Positions 12,491 to 25,475 of a stretch of DNA of 64,000 bases are shown piece by piece. Under the pieces are notes generated by a model. The model was not told the DNA's origin. It saw only the letters and a program-made list of their open reading frames with translations, and made no database searches. Each line of letters starts with the position of its first letter. The first letter of the stretch is position 1. The DNA lies in the NCBI GenBank assembly GCA_015680685.1, contig MNCI01001077.1:762268-826267 (forward strand), written 5' to 3'. The DNA comes from Gnetum montanum (Eukaryota; Plantae; Gnetophyta). The translations under genes and the position numbers were made by a program.

Positions 12491-14735
12491 TGAAATACCA
12501 TAAATTTTTGGACTCTCATGCCTCAACACAGTCCCAAAATTTAGACAAGGATCTCTGTAAGCGTGGTTTCACGTTAGACCATGTAGACAACATGGCACCC
12601 TAGATGTCCTAAAGCCAGAAAAGTTGATTTCAAGCCTACGTACCACTCTCTACAACATAGTCAACGTAGCACCCAGCCATGGGGCTATTTTGCATGAAAG
12701 AGGCACTAGGGGTAGACCATACAATCTGGAAAATTTTCTATCTCCTAGGTTGATAGGATTGCTACACCCTCTAGCTTGCCCAGCTTGACACTTGGCCCAG
12801 CTAATGGTCTACCCAGGGACCATATTAGGAGTTGCTAAAAGTTTTCAAGATGGACTAAATAGTTTGGTAAGTTTTATAACTACAAAACTTGCTATGCTAC
12901 GCTATACTACACAGCGTAGCAGGCCATATGGAGACTGAACAAGCACCAAAAATGTAGTTTGACAGTGATTCCACCCTCTAGGATACCTACTCCAATTTAT
13001 CCTTCAAGCATGATCAACATGATGAAAGAGAGTGTGGCAAAGTTTGTTAAAAATCATCTTCATTTGAGTGCTATGCTATGCTATGCTACACAACGTAGCA
13101 TAGCATAGCAGGGTGCTCCTATGGAAATGCTCCCGCTCAAACCATTTTAACAAAGTAAACATGATTGCCCATGCTTCAACAATCAAACATGCTTGCTTTA
13201 CTACCATGCCAGGACATGACTAACATCCCATGATAAAAATTTTGTAAGGTGAGTCAGAATTCAAGACAAACTAAGTGCTATGCTATGGTACACTACAGAG
13301 CGTATCAGGGTTAGAACGCATAAAGGTCCTTTGCCAAGTGGTTCCTAGTAAAGGGATCACACTTGGCCACATTCAAACCTCCAAGACTGGTTGTTCCACT
13401 TCACCCCCAGGTTCCAAGCAAAGTTTCTTCACAAGACATTGCAAATCAAGCAAGGATGCATGTCACACTGGCTACTATGCTATGATATGCTACATAGTGT
13501 AGCACAGTGTAGTAAGGACACAAAGCATGAAAGTGTCCCAAGGATGAACTCTGTAGGTCCTAGGACCTTTTAGCATGGAACGTAGGGTTGTCAATTGTAG
13601 ACGTTTCTTGTCTAGCCAAGCCTCAGACGGGTATCTTTGATCTTTAGGAAAGATTTCTTTTAGGGCTAGTGGCTACGCTATGCAATGTAGCATAGCGTAG
13701 TGTGCGGATGTTTACACTATGATGATATGCTAGGTAATGTAGGTAGCATAACACTCGCATGGAAGCCCTAGGACATCTTTAGCAGCTCCATAACTCATTG
13801 ACAATGGTCATTTCTACTCTTGTATCTTTTCAATAGATAAGATCAATAGTTTTTCTTTATTTTTCATCCCCTGTTAATTCCCAAAGTTGTCCCTACATTT
13901 GACACTACTTGCAACAACAAGAAAGACGTAGTCCTAGAGCACATCAACGTAACACTGTAGCATAGCACATCAACATAATGTTGCAGCGTAGCACTATACA
14001 ATAGTGTGGCACATTCACGTTCACACCATGTGGGACCTAGAACATGTGGCATCCAAATCACATTTCTCTTCCACCCTTGGCTCTATAAATACCCTAGCAA
14101 ACAACGTTCAAGGTGTTGGATTTGAAGATTGGCATTTGACATTTTGGATTTCTGCCGATTAGCTTTGGCAAAGAGGCTAGAAAGTAGAAGGTTGAAAAGT
14201 AGCAAACCCCAATAGCAGTACCTCCTGGATCTCTCCTAGCCTAGCAAGGACCAGCTCACTAGTTCCTGTTAGGAAGTTGTTGGCAACAATCAAGGACCTA
14301 TGACCATACTCTTTCATTATAAGCTATGCCTATCCACACTGCACATCTATTGTACATCTTCTTTAGCCAAACAAAGATTAAATCTTCCAATCTTGGGCTA
14401 GTGCATCCTCTCACTCAAGCTCACTTCATTTCATTTTAGAATAGTTTGCATCATTGTCTATCAATCTGCATTTATTGCTTAAGTTATGTACTTTTCTACA
14501 TTTTTACTATTCTATGTGCCATAGTTTCTCCATCTCAATCTCCATGCTCAAAATCTTAAAATAATTTTCTATGAAAGGTTATTATACACTGACTAAGTCC
14601 CTGTCTAATTGAACAAACCATTAAGGCCACCTCATTTCCATTTTTCTTTAGCATGGCCCTCACACAGATCCGAGGTTAGGTTGTATGCCTGGTAAACTCT
14701 CAGTGTTTCAGCCACCGATTTTTTTGGCCATTACA
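12491..14735 (+). repeat. 3' LTR of element B
   Basis: TGAAATACC...GCCATTACA; follows the PPT; TATAAATA at 14084-14091; U5 end resembles the other LTRs. Confidence 0.85.
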
Positions 14736-14799
14736 TTGATCCTTATTAATTTTTCTTATACTTGTTGAAAATTTTCTTTGAGAACATTCTTTTGTTTTT

Positions 14800-16653
14800 C
14801 AATGGTGGTCAACTAAATATTTTTAGTAGCAAGGAGTTTATTTTTTTCTTATAAGGCCTTGAAGTCTTTCACATGTGCATATGTTTAGGCTTGTGCTTTT
14901 GAAGCATCCCAATTAGCCTTCTCTTTCCCCATTGTCATATTTTTATTCTTTTCTAATAATTTATTTAGTTTCTTTGTTTGAAATAGCTCTAGCTAGATGG
15001 TTGATATAAGTTGGGATGGATCTCACTATCTAGCTTGTAGGATGACAAACTTCTCTTGGAGTCTTCTCAACTCATCCTCTATATGTTCAGCCCTAACCTC
15101 CACCATGACTAGCTTTCCCTATGTGTAAATTAGGTATTATTATGCTACTATGACATCTTTAGGGATGTCAAACAAGGACATCATTACTTGTCCTATTTGC
15201 AGCAACCGATGCAAAACATCATCATGTGCCGCAGAAGTCATCGAGGGACTCGCTAAGACTGGATCATCACATGCTTTTATGAGATTTGTTAATGGAACAA
15301 TAGGGACATTGAATAATTCTTTGATGTGGTCTATGACCACTTCTACTACTCTAGCTACATCTTGGTGTTGCATGACCACTACTGTGGTGCCTTCACCAGT
15401 TTCTAATTACACTTGAAAAGATGTAGTGTTTCTAGAGATCTGTTGTTACCAATGTGATTCCCCTTCTCTTATTTGTATAGAAACCTTACCCCATGAATGA
15501 TCAATTGAGATCATGGGTTGTAAAACATCATCAATTATCTTGAAGATATTAGCTTCATCATGACTTTCCCAACTGACCATTTCTATGATCGCCCTAAGGT
15601 GGCTCATCGACGGTCGATAATCTTGTGGTGGCGATGGTGGTTGGGCTCGTTGGCCTATGGGTTACATGGTGGACCCTCCTTCCTATTGTTGACTAGGTCT
15701 CATGTCTAGAAGTTGGCTAGGCCTTGCTATTTGAGGTGTATTGGAACTAACTCTTTGCTCTTGCTCAAGCTCTAGTGTCTCACCAACATCTTCCCTTGGT
15801 TCTAGTGGCTTTAGTAATTCAGCATATGAGGTATTCTAAGCCTTTTTGGGGATGTCATTAGTGTACCTAAAAATTCCAGCATGCTGGCATAGCTTCCTAA
15901 TTAGGTAGGGGAAAGGCAATTCAAACTTCCCCATCTTGAATATTTCTATGAGATATAGATGTAAATCTTCCTTTAGCCACAGGTGAAAATCTTGTTTAGT
16001 CCTTTTGTTGGGAAGATATGATAGGTACCAATTTTGAAATAGATTCTCTCCTCAAGGGTAAGTTTCCCATATGTTTTATCTTCCTTTTCATATGCCCCTT
16101 TTAGCCATATTTTTCATGCATCGACATCAGAACAAGTGGACAAGTGAACAACCTTCGGCCCTGTATTCAGAAGGTTTAGAACTTTTGAAATGGCCTTAGC
16201 AAAGAAATCAACTGAAATCCCACCAATATCAACTATGGTTCCTTCTTCCTTATTATGCCAAAATTTGTAGGTCTCCCTCAAATACCATTCACCACTCTCT
16301 AAGAGAATAGGCCACAGTGGAGATCATTTGAGTTGATCTCTAACTTACTCAGGGCAAAATTTGCTAAAGGGTCAAAAATTGATCTCCATGATCACTGCAG
16401 CTAATGTGGACATTTCCTGAATCACCTGAACACATTTTGGAGACAATGTGAGATGTTGTCCTTATTTAAGTATCCTACCTTCTCCACCTTTGGCATGCCA
16501 AGATTTTATAGTAACAGGGAGTTTTTGATGGATGCTGAATGATTGTGCCTCTTGCTCTGCACGTTCTATGTGAGGTCCTTGGCCTCTGCCTCTCCTTGGC
16601 CATTTGGATGCATCTTGAGAGGGTCCCCCTTGTTGTGCTTTTTTATGGGCCAT
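14800..16653 (-). pseudogene. Athila-type env-like/accessory ORF of element G (degenerate)
   Basis: Starts MAHKK; contains ELPFPYLIRKLCQHAGI (~15880-15930), resembling the LPFPxLITxLC motif of Athila env-like/putative plant transposon proteins; C-terminal coiled-coil-like segment; 3' end approximate. Confidence 0.6.
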
Positions 16654-17959
16654 TTATAATCACATAGGATCAATTTTTATTAAGGTTATTTAATAAAATT
16701 TAGTTATCTTATATCTTATTTATTAACTTTAATAAATTTAATTCTTGCTTAGTGTGATTTTAGAGTTAGAAATTTTCAAGGAAATCCCCCTAAACATTTT
16801 AATGTTAGGATGAATTTGATCAACTCCAAAAGTAATTTTCATGGTTTGGGTGAAGAAATAAAATTAATTTAGCATACGTTATTATCATTTCGTAAGGTCA
16901 CTTACCCCTAAGATATCCCTTACGAGATAGTGAATTTTAAAAAAGTTATGCATAACTTGAAGTGTACCCTTCCCCCATGACTGAGTTAAAAACTTCAGGT
17001 TTAAGCAGGTTTGATTAGAAGGAGAATTAAATCATTAATGAGAAAGATATTAATGGTTAAATGATAGGTGTAGAAATTGTGAAAATTCACGGAAGAAAAT
17101 TGCAACAACTCCCCTTGCGCCAACAATTAAAAATGACATTGACATGCACGATGGGTGGGGGTGTCCATATATATAGTTTTTATGGACACAATATCACATA
17201 CGTACTAACGTGAATCTGATATCATGTCAAACTAATACTAGGTACCCAATATTGTATCCCTTCCAACACAAGGTACTAATTTTTTAGGTTTCACAACCAA
17301 AAATCAATGATTTCAGGTAAATTTGAAATATCTAGGGTAACGTTGAGTAGACCTAAAGGCACCAAAAGTGTAATGAAGTGAAATTATACAATGAAGTTCA
17401 TGAATAAGGTAAGGAAAAAGGGCATGTAGTGGTGCACAGGAATGTTTGGGTTGAAATGATGATAAAGGAAACAATAAATTTAGCAATGCAGTACTTAGAG
17501 GATATAAGATGATGTGCTGGTATGCAATAAGTGAAAATTACAAAAGTTATGCAAGTGGATCCTCCCTAAAGCAGGTTCCTACCTATCATGACCTTATATA
17601 ACCACACCTTAAAATGTTTGTAGGTGCTAGAAGGGTAAAATGCAATATGCAGTAGTGCAAAAAACACACACACATGTTGAATACCATCATGATGAGGTAT
17701 GAATTCTATGCCACAAAAGAAACAAGTTCGAAATACTCAGACAGTGGGATGAGAAAAATCCTAGAAGGGATTGTGGAGATTAGGACATGAGGTAACCTAC
17801 CCTGGGCATAATAAATCCTAATTATGGGGCCTAATTAATGTATTATTATCCTTTTACTCCAAATTCAAGATAAATTCCATACCTTTAATCAGTGACATCG
17901 CATTTTTTCATCCAATGATAGACAACCATAAGAGCATCATGATAGCAAGGTGTACAATA

Positions 17960-18293
17960 ATTTGATGTTTTTTCCAAGGGAGGAGTGTTTTAAGTTTCTC
18001 TACAGCATGTTCTTCTTTGATCATTTCTTTGCTATTTGTCTTCTTTCTTTTATTTTTCTTTTTCTAGCTACTTTGGCACTTTTTCTTTTCCAACGGTGAT
18101 CCAGAGAAGCCACCAACCTTCAAGCATGGGTGCATGTCTTTCTAGTTGGATACTCTAGAACAACATTGAGTTTCTTTATCAAGTGCCTTTATCACAACTC
18201 TTATTCTCATTTTTTGTTAGATCTACAAAGATCTTAGTACAACCAGGCTACATGATAACAACTATGGATGTTACCAAAGAGAATCCACAAGTT
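17960..18293 (-). pseudogene. Distal remnant of the element G gag-side region, contiguous with 39437 before C inserted
   Basis: The CCCTT TSD shows 18293 and 39437 were adjacent; coding status uncertain. Confidence 0.35.
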
Positions 18294-18298
18294 CCCTT

Positions 18299-20431
18299 TG
18301 TACCGTCTAAAATCGTCGGTGTCAGGCTGGAATGTTACGAGCACCGAAAGATTCATAGACAAGCACAGCAGACCCTACCTCCACTTGAGGGTAAGCTAGA
18401 AATGGACAAAGTCAGACTGCCTTGGATGGTCCGCACGTGGATCAAACAAGGACTTCCCCAATGTTTGCCGCTACAACACGTTCGGTTATACATAAACTGC
18501 AACTAAATGTGAACTAATACGAAACCTACAGAAAATGTAAACGTGCGTAAACAGAGAAAACGATGTAAACTATAACAAAAGTTTGTGAAAGGTATCAAAT
18601 GTATTAAAAAAGAGTGTGTACAAAGCACCGGTCTGTACGTAGTTTTGGATCTACACAAGGTAGACGTATAGCCTCGGTTGATAAGGATGGGTGATGACAA
18701 CTACTTGGAATTTCGGTAGGCATAGCGTGAATGCTATATGCTTAGTGTGTAGGATGTATGCACAGCATGTGAGATCTATGCTTCTATGCTCTATGTGTAA
18801 AAATGACCAACTTTTTGACCCCCCCCCCCAAACCTCGATTTAGTTAAAAATTAAGGTTTTTATATGATCTTAGAGCATGGAATTCGGATCTGGAATGGGA
18901 TAATTGGCTATGGGAGGTAAAATTTATGAATCTGGTAATAGGTGGGGCATTGACCAGTGCAAAAGAATAAAATTTTACAAGTGTACAGTGTGAAAACTGT
19001 CCAGTTCACACGTTGGGCGTGCAGATCCTCAGCGTGTGAACTTTCATGCCCATAAAAAATGAATGAATGGTAGTTGTACAACAAATTTCATGGTTCTAGC
19101 CTGTAGATATGAGCTCTGGCATCCTTTTTCTAGCTTCAACGTGTCATTCTAAGCTCTAGGGTGTACTGGAATGTCCATAGAGCTTCCAACATGTGAGTTT
19201 GAATGTTCGGCGTGTTTCTATACCCTCATACGCTAGGCGTATATGCTCCATACGCTAGATAGCAGGTAGTCAAGAGGGAAATATTTTGACCTATATTTTG
19301 ATGTCCGAAGCTAGTTTTGATCATGGATATGGATGCTTGATGTCCTAAGGATTTTTTCTATCAAATTTGGGCTCATTTAACCTTGATTTGGTAGGGTTTT
19401 GGTAGGACTGAAGTTGAGCATGCGGGCCACACGTTGGGTGTATAGGCCAGCATGTGAGCATGAAAATTGCAATTTAGGAATCATATTTGGTACGTTGGGG
19501 TGTGTACATTGATCCCTGAGTCCTTTTGGTTCTCTAGGTCATCCAAGAGTTGATTTTGACTTCATTTCGATGGATTTTTGGGCTCATCTCCAAGGTGCAT
19601 GCTAGCTGTATGCTGGACATATACACTGGGTGTATAGGCCAGCATGTGAGGCCAAAAAGAATACTTTTGATGTCCAAAATAGATGTTTTTGAAGCCTTTG
19701 ATGATGTATACTAGATGCTCATGTCCTGAGGATCAACCCCATGCCAAAAACTTGCCTGAAAGTGCCTGTTTGACCTTGTCCTTGGTGCCAAATGTTAGGC
19801 GTACACGCTAGGCGTGCAGGATGTACATGCTCAGAGTGTGAACTTTCAAGTGCATGATTTCAAGACCAAAAATTGATTTTCTTAATCCCATGATGATGCC
19901 TAATAATTTTCCTATCTTTGAGAGTTGATGCCTTCTGAGAATATTTCTCTGAAATGCCTATTTTGGGTCACCTTTAAAGTCATACGCTGGGAGTACACGC
20001 TAGGTGTGTGAGCCAGTGTGTAGGTAGGAAATGACCCATTTGGTGTTCAAAATTTAATTTTTAGGAGCCTGAGACCTACTTGGGACCTTCGGTAAGGTCA
20101 TGGGGAGTCTATACCTTTGATTATGGCCTATTTTTATGAGTTTTTAAGGCTCAAAAGTTGCTGCACGATGGGCCATACGCTGGGCATGTATAGGCCAGCG
20201 TACATGATGCATACTTAGTGAAAACCAAGTATTTTGAGCTTAAAATTTGCTAGGTTTGATGCCAGATGTCACTGTAGTCTTCTTTAGGTCCTAGGAAACC
20301 ATTTCTTGCTTATTTTGACCCCATTTGAAGCTATCTGTGAGGTCCTCAAGCTTTAGTCATGCTGGGGAGCATCATGACTTAGCTCAATTCTTGTCGAAGA
20401 AGTGTTAAGCTTAGAATTTTGTGGTGTTTCA
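18299..20431 (-). repeat. 3' LTR of element C
   Basis: Aligns end to end with 37325-39431; TATA-like TATAAAAA (minus) near 18857-18864. Confidence 0.95.
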
Positions 20432-20444
20432 TTGGTCCCTCTTT
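20432..20444 (-). promoter_or_regulatory. Polypurine tract of C
   Basis: Minus strand AAAGAGGGACCAA adjacent to the LTR TG. Confidence 0.85.
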
Positions 20445-21619
20445 GTTGGCACTTGGAGGAATCGACCCAAGAAGTGTCAAAAGGGAATTACAAAACACCA
20501 TAAGTAACTTGATAGGAATAATATCCTTTGGCACTTTGCCAGATGTCATCGCACCGTGTTCAATAGTACATGGGATTGGGGAAATAAAGTTTGTAGCTAG
20601 ATAGGGAAATGCAAATTGTGGGGATTGGAAACTGATCAAGAGATTTTGCATGGTGAAGGAGATGCTCTGGTGTGTATACAGGTCATGTTGATCCTTGTTA
20701 ATAGCCATTATCTAGTAGACTTGGAACCAAGACATGATGTGTACGTCCTTTGGCGAAACAAGACTCTTGTTTAGTGTTTAAGAGGACTTGTTGGCACAAC
20801 CAAAGCCATGCGATGATGTGTTGAATTCTTTGGAGGAACAAGGCCTCTATTTAGTATTAAAGGGAACCTACTCGAGAAGAACCAAAGCCATGCAATGAGA
20901 TGTTACTTGAGCATTTGAGACATGAGTACTTGCTTCCAAAACAACTACCTTCCTGCCTAGGGCTTGTATGGGAAGTGCCAAGGGTCTTGTGTTTCTTTGT
21001 GGCTTTTTTGCTCTTTTCTCTTTACTCTTTTATTCTTTTGTTGTTTTTTCTTTTTCTTTTTCTTTATTTTCTGTTTCTTTTTGTTTCTTTTTATTTATTT
21101 TTTATATTTTTGTTTTTTTGTTTTTTTTTTTGTAAAGATCTTTGTTTTGATCTTGTACTCATTCCCAAGTGCCATGTTGTTTGTTGCAACTTCTTAAAAG
21201 TGTTGTAGTGTGCAATGGTGTGCTCAATGTTTTGGGATGCACTAGGTGTGTCTGGGGTGTAACTAGGTAGAGTATGTTGAGGAATAGATGGGAAATGTAA
21301 CAAGAAATGTACTAGTGAATGGCTTGATTAACCTTATTACGTGTGTTAGGAACAATGTGGTACCTTGCTACTGTGATGAAGTGCATTCTCGTACGAACAC
21401 CTCTAAGTATCATCTTGAAAACACAACTCCAAGAAGACAAGAAAACCAAGAGTGAGTGAGTAAGCTTAAACTTGAACAACAACTGATGAAACAAAGGTAC
21501 CGGATGAGATTTCAGGCACTGAATATGAATGGAAGTAATGTTGATAGGATCAACTAATGATGAGTGAGGTAGCAGCTCTGATGAATTTTGAATGCAGCTA
21601 TAGATTGGGAGGCTAGAGA

Positions 21620-21970
21620 TGAAGCTGCCAATTTATTGTCATAGCAGACTGTCGTGGGTTAGTTTTTTGTCATAACCCATTGGACGTTGCCAGTTTAGCA
21701 TTGTAGCGGATGGTACATTGCTAGTTAATATTCTTGGTAGACTGTGGAGAGGCAAACCAGTTTATAGTCTTAGCAGACTCTGGTGAACAAAACTGTGACA
21801 GTTTAATGTCGTACCAGATAGGTGCTAGTTTATTATCATTGCGGATGAACTATGGTGTCAATTTATCGTCATGATGCCTGGACGAGTGGTGGTGCTAGTT
21901 TTAGGTCATGATTCCAGGACCTTGGATTAGATGTGTTAGTTGTGGTGCCAGTTTATTGTCATAACGCTAG
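21620..21970 (-). repeat. AAACT(A/G)GCA array after the integrase stop (C)
   Basis: Plus strand shows repeated tgc(c/t)agttt at ~35 bp spacing. Confidence 0.75.
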
Positions 21971-21995
21971 GACAAGTGCATACCTGAGTTTATGC

Positions 21996-24900
21996 TCAAA
22001 CATAGAACGGTTTCAAGTACAAGTGGTTGGTCGGGTGTGCAAGCTTGTTCACTTCCATGCTAGCTAGCTTAAACGCTCCATTGTCATACGCTTTGGTGAC
22101 CAAGTAAGGCCCTTCCCAGTTGGCTGAGAATTTTTCCAGGTTTTCCCGAACTGCTTTGAGTACAAGGTCACCTTCCTTGATCAGGCACTTATGAATATTG
22201 TGTCGATGGCATCGTCATTGTTTCTTCTGGTACCATTCAATCTGATCGAGCACATGTGTGTGTTCCTCCTCCACCGAGTCTAAGTCAATAATGCGTAAGT
22301 CATTGTTTTGACCCTCATTGAGGAGTCTGGAAAGTGTGATCCTTAAAGATGGTACCTGCAACTCCAAAGGTAAAATAGCTTCTGAACCATAAATAAGACT
22401 ATATGGTGTTTTACCTGTGGAAGTCCGATGCGTAGTATGATAAGCGCATAATGCGTAAACTAGCTGCTCATGCCACCATCGTTTGCTCTGTGTAAGCATC
22501 CTTTTAAGCACTGTGATGATGATCTTATTTGTAGCTTTGGCTTGTCCATTACTCTGAGGGTAGTAAGGGGATGAAAATGAATGTTTGATCCCTAGGCTTT
22601 CATAGAAATTTCTAGTTTCTGCACTACTAAACTGTGGCCCATTATCAGTGATGATGGTCATAGGAATGCCAAAACGGGTCACAATGTTTTCTAGAATGAA
22701 GTTGCATATGTGTTTGGATGTGATCTTTCTAAGAGGAATAGCTTCTACCCATTTTGTGAAATACTCTATCATGGTTATGATAAAGCTATTTCCTATAGAA
22801 GATGGGGGAGTTATTGGTCCGATAATGTCTAACCCCCACTTCTGGAAAGGCCAGGTGATTTGCACAGTATGCAACTCATTCAGTGGAACATGTATAAAAT
22901 TGCTATGTTTTTGGTAGATGTTACACGTTTTGACCTTGGAGAAACAATCGTACCCCATGTGTGGCCAATAATAGCCCAAATGTCTTATTTTTGTTTCCAT
23001 TTCTTTGGGCACTATGTGCCCTCTGCATAGTCCTTCATGTACTTGCTCCACGATGGTTTGGCCATCAATGCTACTAATGCACATCAAGAGGATACCTTCG
23101 TAGGATCTACGACATAACATGTTACCTACTAATGCATACTGTCAAGAACATTTTTGTACTGCATCCTTTTGTGCATTCGTTAGATGTTACGGTGTTTCAC
23201 CGTGTAGAAGGTACTCTTTTATGTTATCATTACATTCTACTGCATGTGTTTTACTAACAGATGTAATCGGTAATTCATCAGGAGTATCAGTTATGGGTTT
23301 AGCACAACTAATTATAGAACTAGGCAACATGTGGAACATGTTTGGCAATATGTTTAGAGCTAACGTGGCAAGTGCATCTGCAATGGTGTTATCATTTTTG
23401 GATACATGTTTCACCTCCATGTTTTCGAATCGCCTCAGCAAGTGCTTAGTCAAATCATAGTATGGTTGTAAGTGTTGCACTTTGCACACGTAAACATCTA
23501 TGACTTGATTTAGAACTAACTGTGAGTCACCTCTGACTATGAGTCAGGTGATGTCTGAAGCTAGTGCTACCATGATACCTCTAAGGAGACCTTCGTACTT
23601 TGCTACATTGTTGGTACAGTGAAAGTCGAAATGATAAGCAAAGGGTCAGATCTCCCCAGAGGGATAGGTGATGACGACGGCAGCACTTTCCCATCGAGAT
23701 GTGGATGCTCCATCAAAGTTCAAAATGGCATCATAGTCATCAAGCACTATGTCTATTGCACTCACATTTTCATTAGGGAACTCTGGCTCTATCATTGCTT
23801 GATCATGCGTTGGTGATGCAATCATTTGATTTGCTATAGCTTGACACTTAACTGATGACTGTGCTGTGTAGTGTAGGTCAAACTTAGCTATCATGGCTTT
23901 CTAGCAAGCTATCTTACTTGATTCATAAATTTTTCCTACGATAGCTCTGAGCACATTATCCTTACAGATTATATTGACTTGGTTGGGGAAGAGGTAATGT
24001 CACCATTTCTTTAAGGAAAGGATAAGGGCTAAACATGACCTCTCCACCTCATTGTACTTTTTCTCATAGGCTACTAATTCATGGCTTAGATAATAAATAG
24101 GGACTTCAATTCCGTCATCTCATTTCTAGTAAAGCATTGATGCGATGGATGAATCTAAAGTGACCAGGTAGATATAGAATGGTTTGTTGTTCTGAGGTGG
24201 ATAGACCATTGATAGTTGAAAAAGTGTTGTTTTAATGTTATCAAATTCTTCCTAGCACTGTGAATTCCATTCAAAATGGACATTCTTGCATAGCAAGTGG
24301 TTCATAGGTTTCAACTTGTTCGTCAATTTTTCTATGAAACACCTGATGAACTATAATCTACCTTGTAGACCTCGGAGTTCAGTAACGTTGCTTGGGCGTT
24401 TCAAGTTGGTGATAGCCTTAACCTTGTCCAGATCTACTTGTATTCCTATTTCTGATACTACAAAGCCTAGCATCTTGCTAGTTTTTACCCCAAAGACACA
24501 ATTTTTTGGGTTGAGCCTAAGTTCATATTTTAGACAACGTTTTAAAACCAAATCTAAGTCTTGTATGTGCTGCTCTAGTGTTTTTGACTTAACTACGATG
24601 TCATCCACATAATCATTGAGCGAATGAAGTAAATAATCACTAAAAATGAATGTCATTGCTCTCTGATATGTGGCACTGGCATTCTTTAAGCCGAATGGCA
24701 TCATTGTATAGCAAAAATTACCTCACGGTGTCATGAAGGTCATCGTGAGTTGATGTTCTGAGTTGATTTGTGCCTAGTTATATCCTGAAAAGCCATTTAT
24801 AAAAGACAATAGAGTGTGCCCCATAGTTGAGTCAACAAGTTAATCAATGCTTGGTAGTGGGAAGTCATCCCTTATGGTTGCGATGTTGAGATCCCAGAAG

Positions 24901-25475
24901 TCTATGCATAAGTGAATGCTTCCGTTCTTCTTGGGGACTATAACCATGTTAGACACCCAATCAGGATAGTCAGTAGACTGAATGAAACCAACTTGATAAA
25001 GCCTAGTGATCTCATTTCAAACTGCCAGTGATACCTCAGGTTTGACCTTGCATGCTTTCTTTTTCACTGGTCTTAACTTGGGATCAAGTATAATGTTATG
25101 TTGAACAATGCGAGGATATAGTCCAGGCATGTCATTGTAAGACCAAGCGAATGCTTTCATGTTATCTTGAAGCACATGTTCTATGTCCTTAGCAAGTTGA
25201 GGTTGTAATAGTGTGCTCAATTTTAATACCTTAATGTCATCATCAGGCATAGTTATGGGGGTTTCCGTTAAAGGGTCTTTAGTGATGCTATCAGCTTCTA
25301 TGTCTAGAGATTTTGTCATACCTTCATAGCTGTCTAATGTTTGTTACATTGAGGCTACAAATATGTCACCTTTTGATGGACCTAAGTCGATAGAATTTAT
25401 GTTGATTTCTCTTGTGATCTTTCTGTATGTTCCATCGATGGTCAATGGTGTAAATAGATGCTTCCAATCTATCAT
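21996..25475 (-). pseudogene. pol: pol of element C: RT - RH - aRH - INT, degenerate
   Basis: MPFGLKNASATYQR, YVDDIVVKS, LNPKNCVFG; FDGAS, CTNNVAKYEGL, GDSQLV; HEGLCRGH, WGLDIIGP, TDNGPQF, QSNGQAKA, WEGPY; ATG at 25475 in frame with ORF 25017-25319. Confidence 0.95.

Larger units (their letters stand above)
3424..14735 (+). mobile_element. Element B: 3' two-thirds of a Tat-type element (antisense gene, pol, 3' UTR, PPT, 3' LTR); 5' part displaced by insertion of A
   Basis: Colinear with element C in inverted orientation. Confidence 0.85.

Noticed and set aside
20900-21303. Phe-rich, membrane-like ORFs
   Set aside because: Low-complexity T/A tract in the C 3' UTR; similar artefact at 56122-56352
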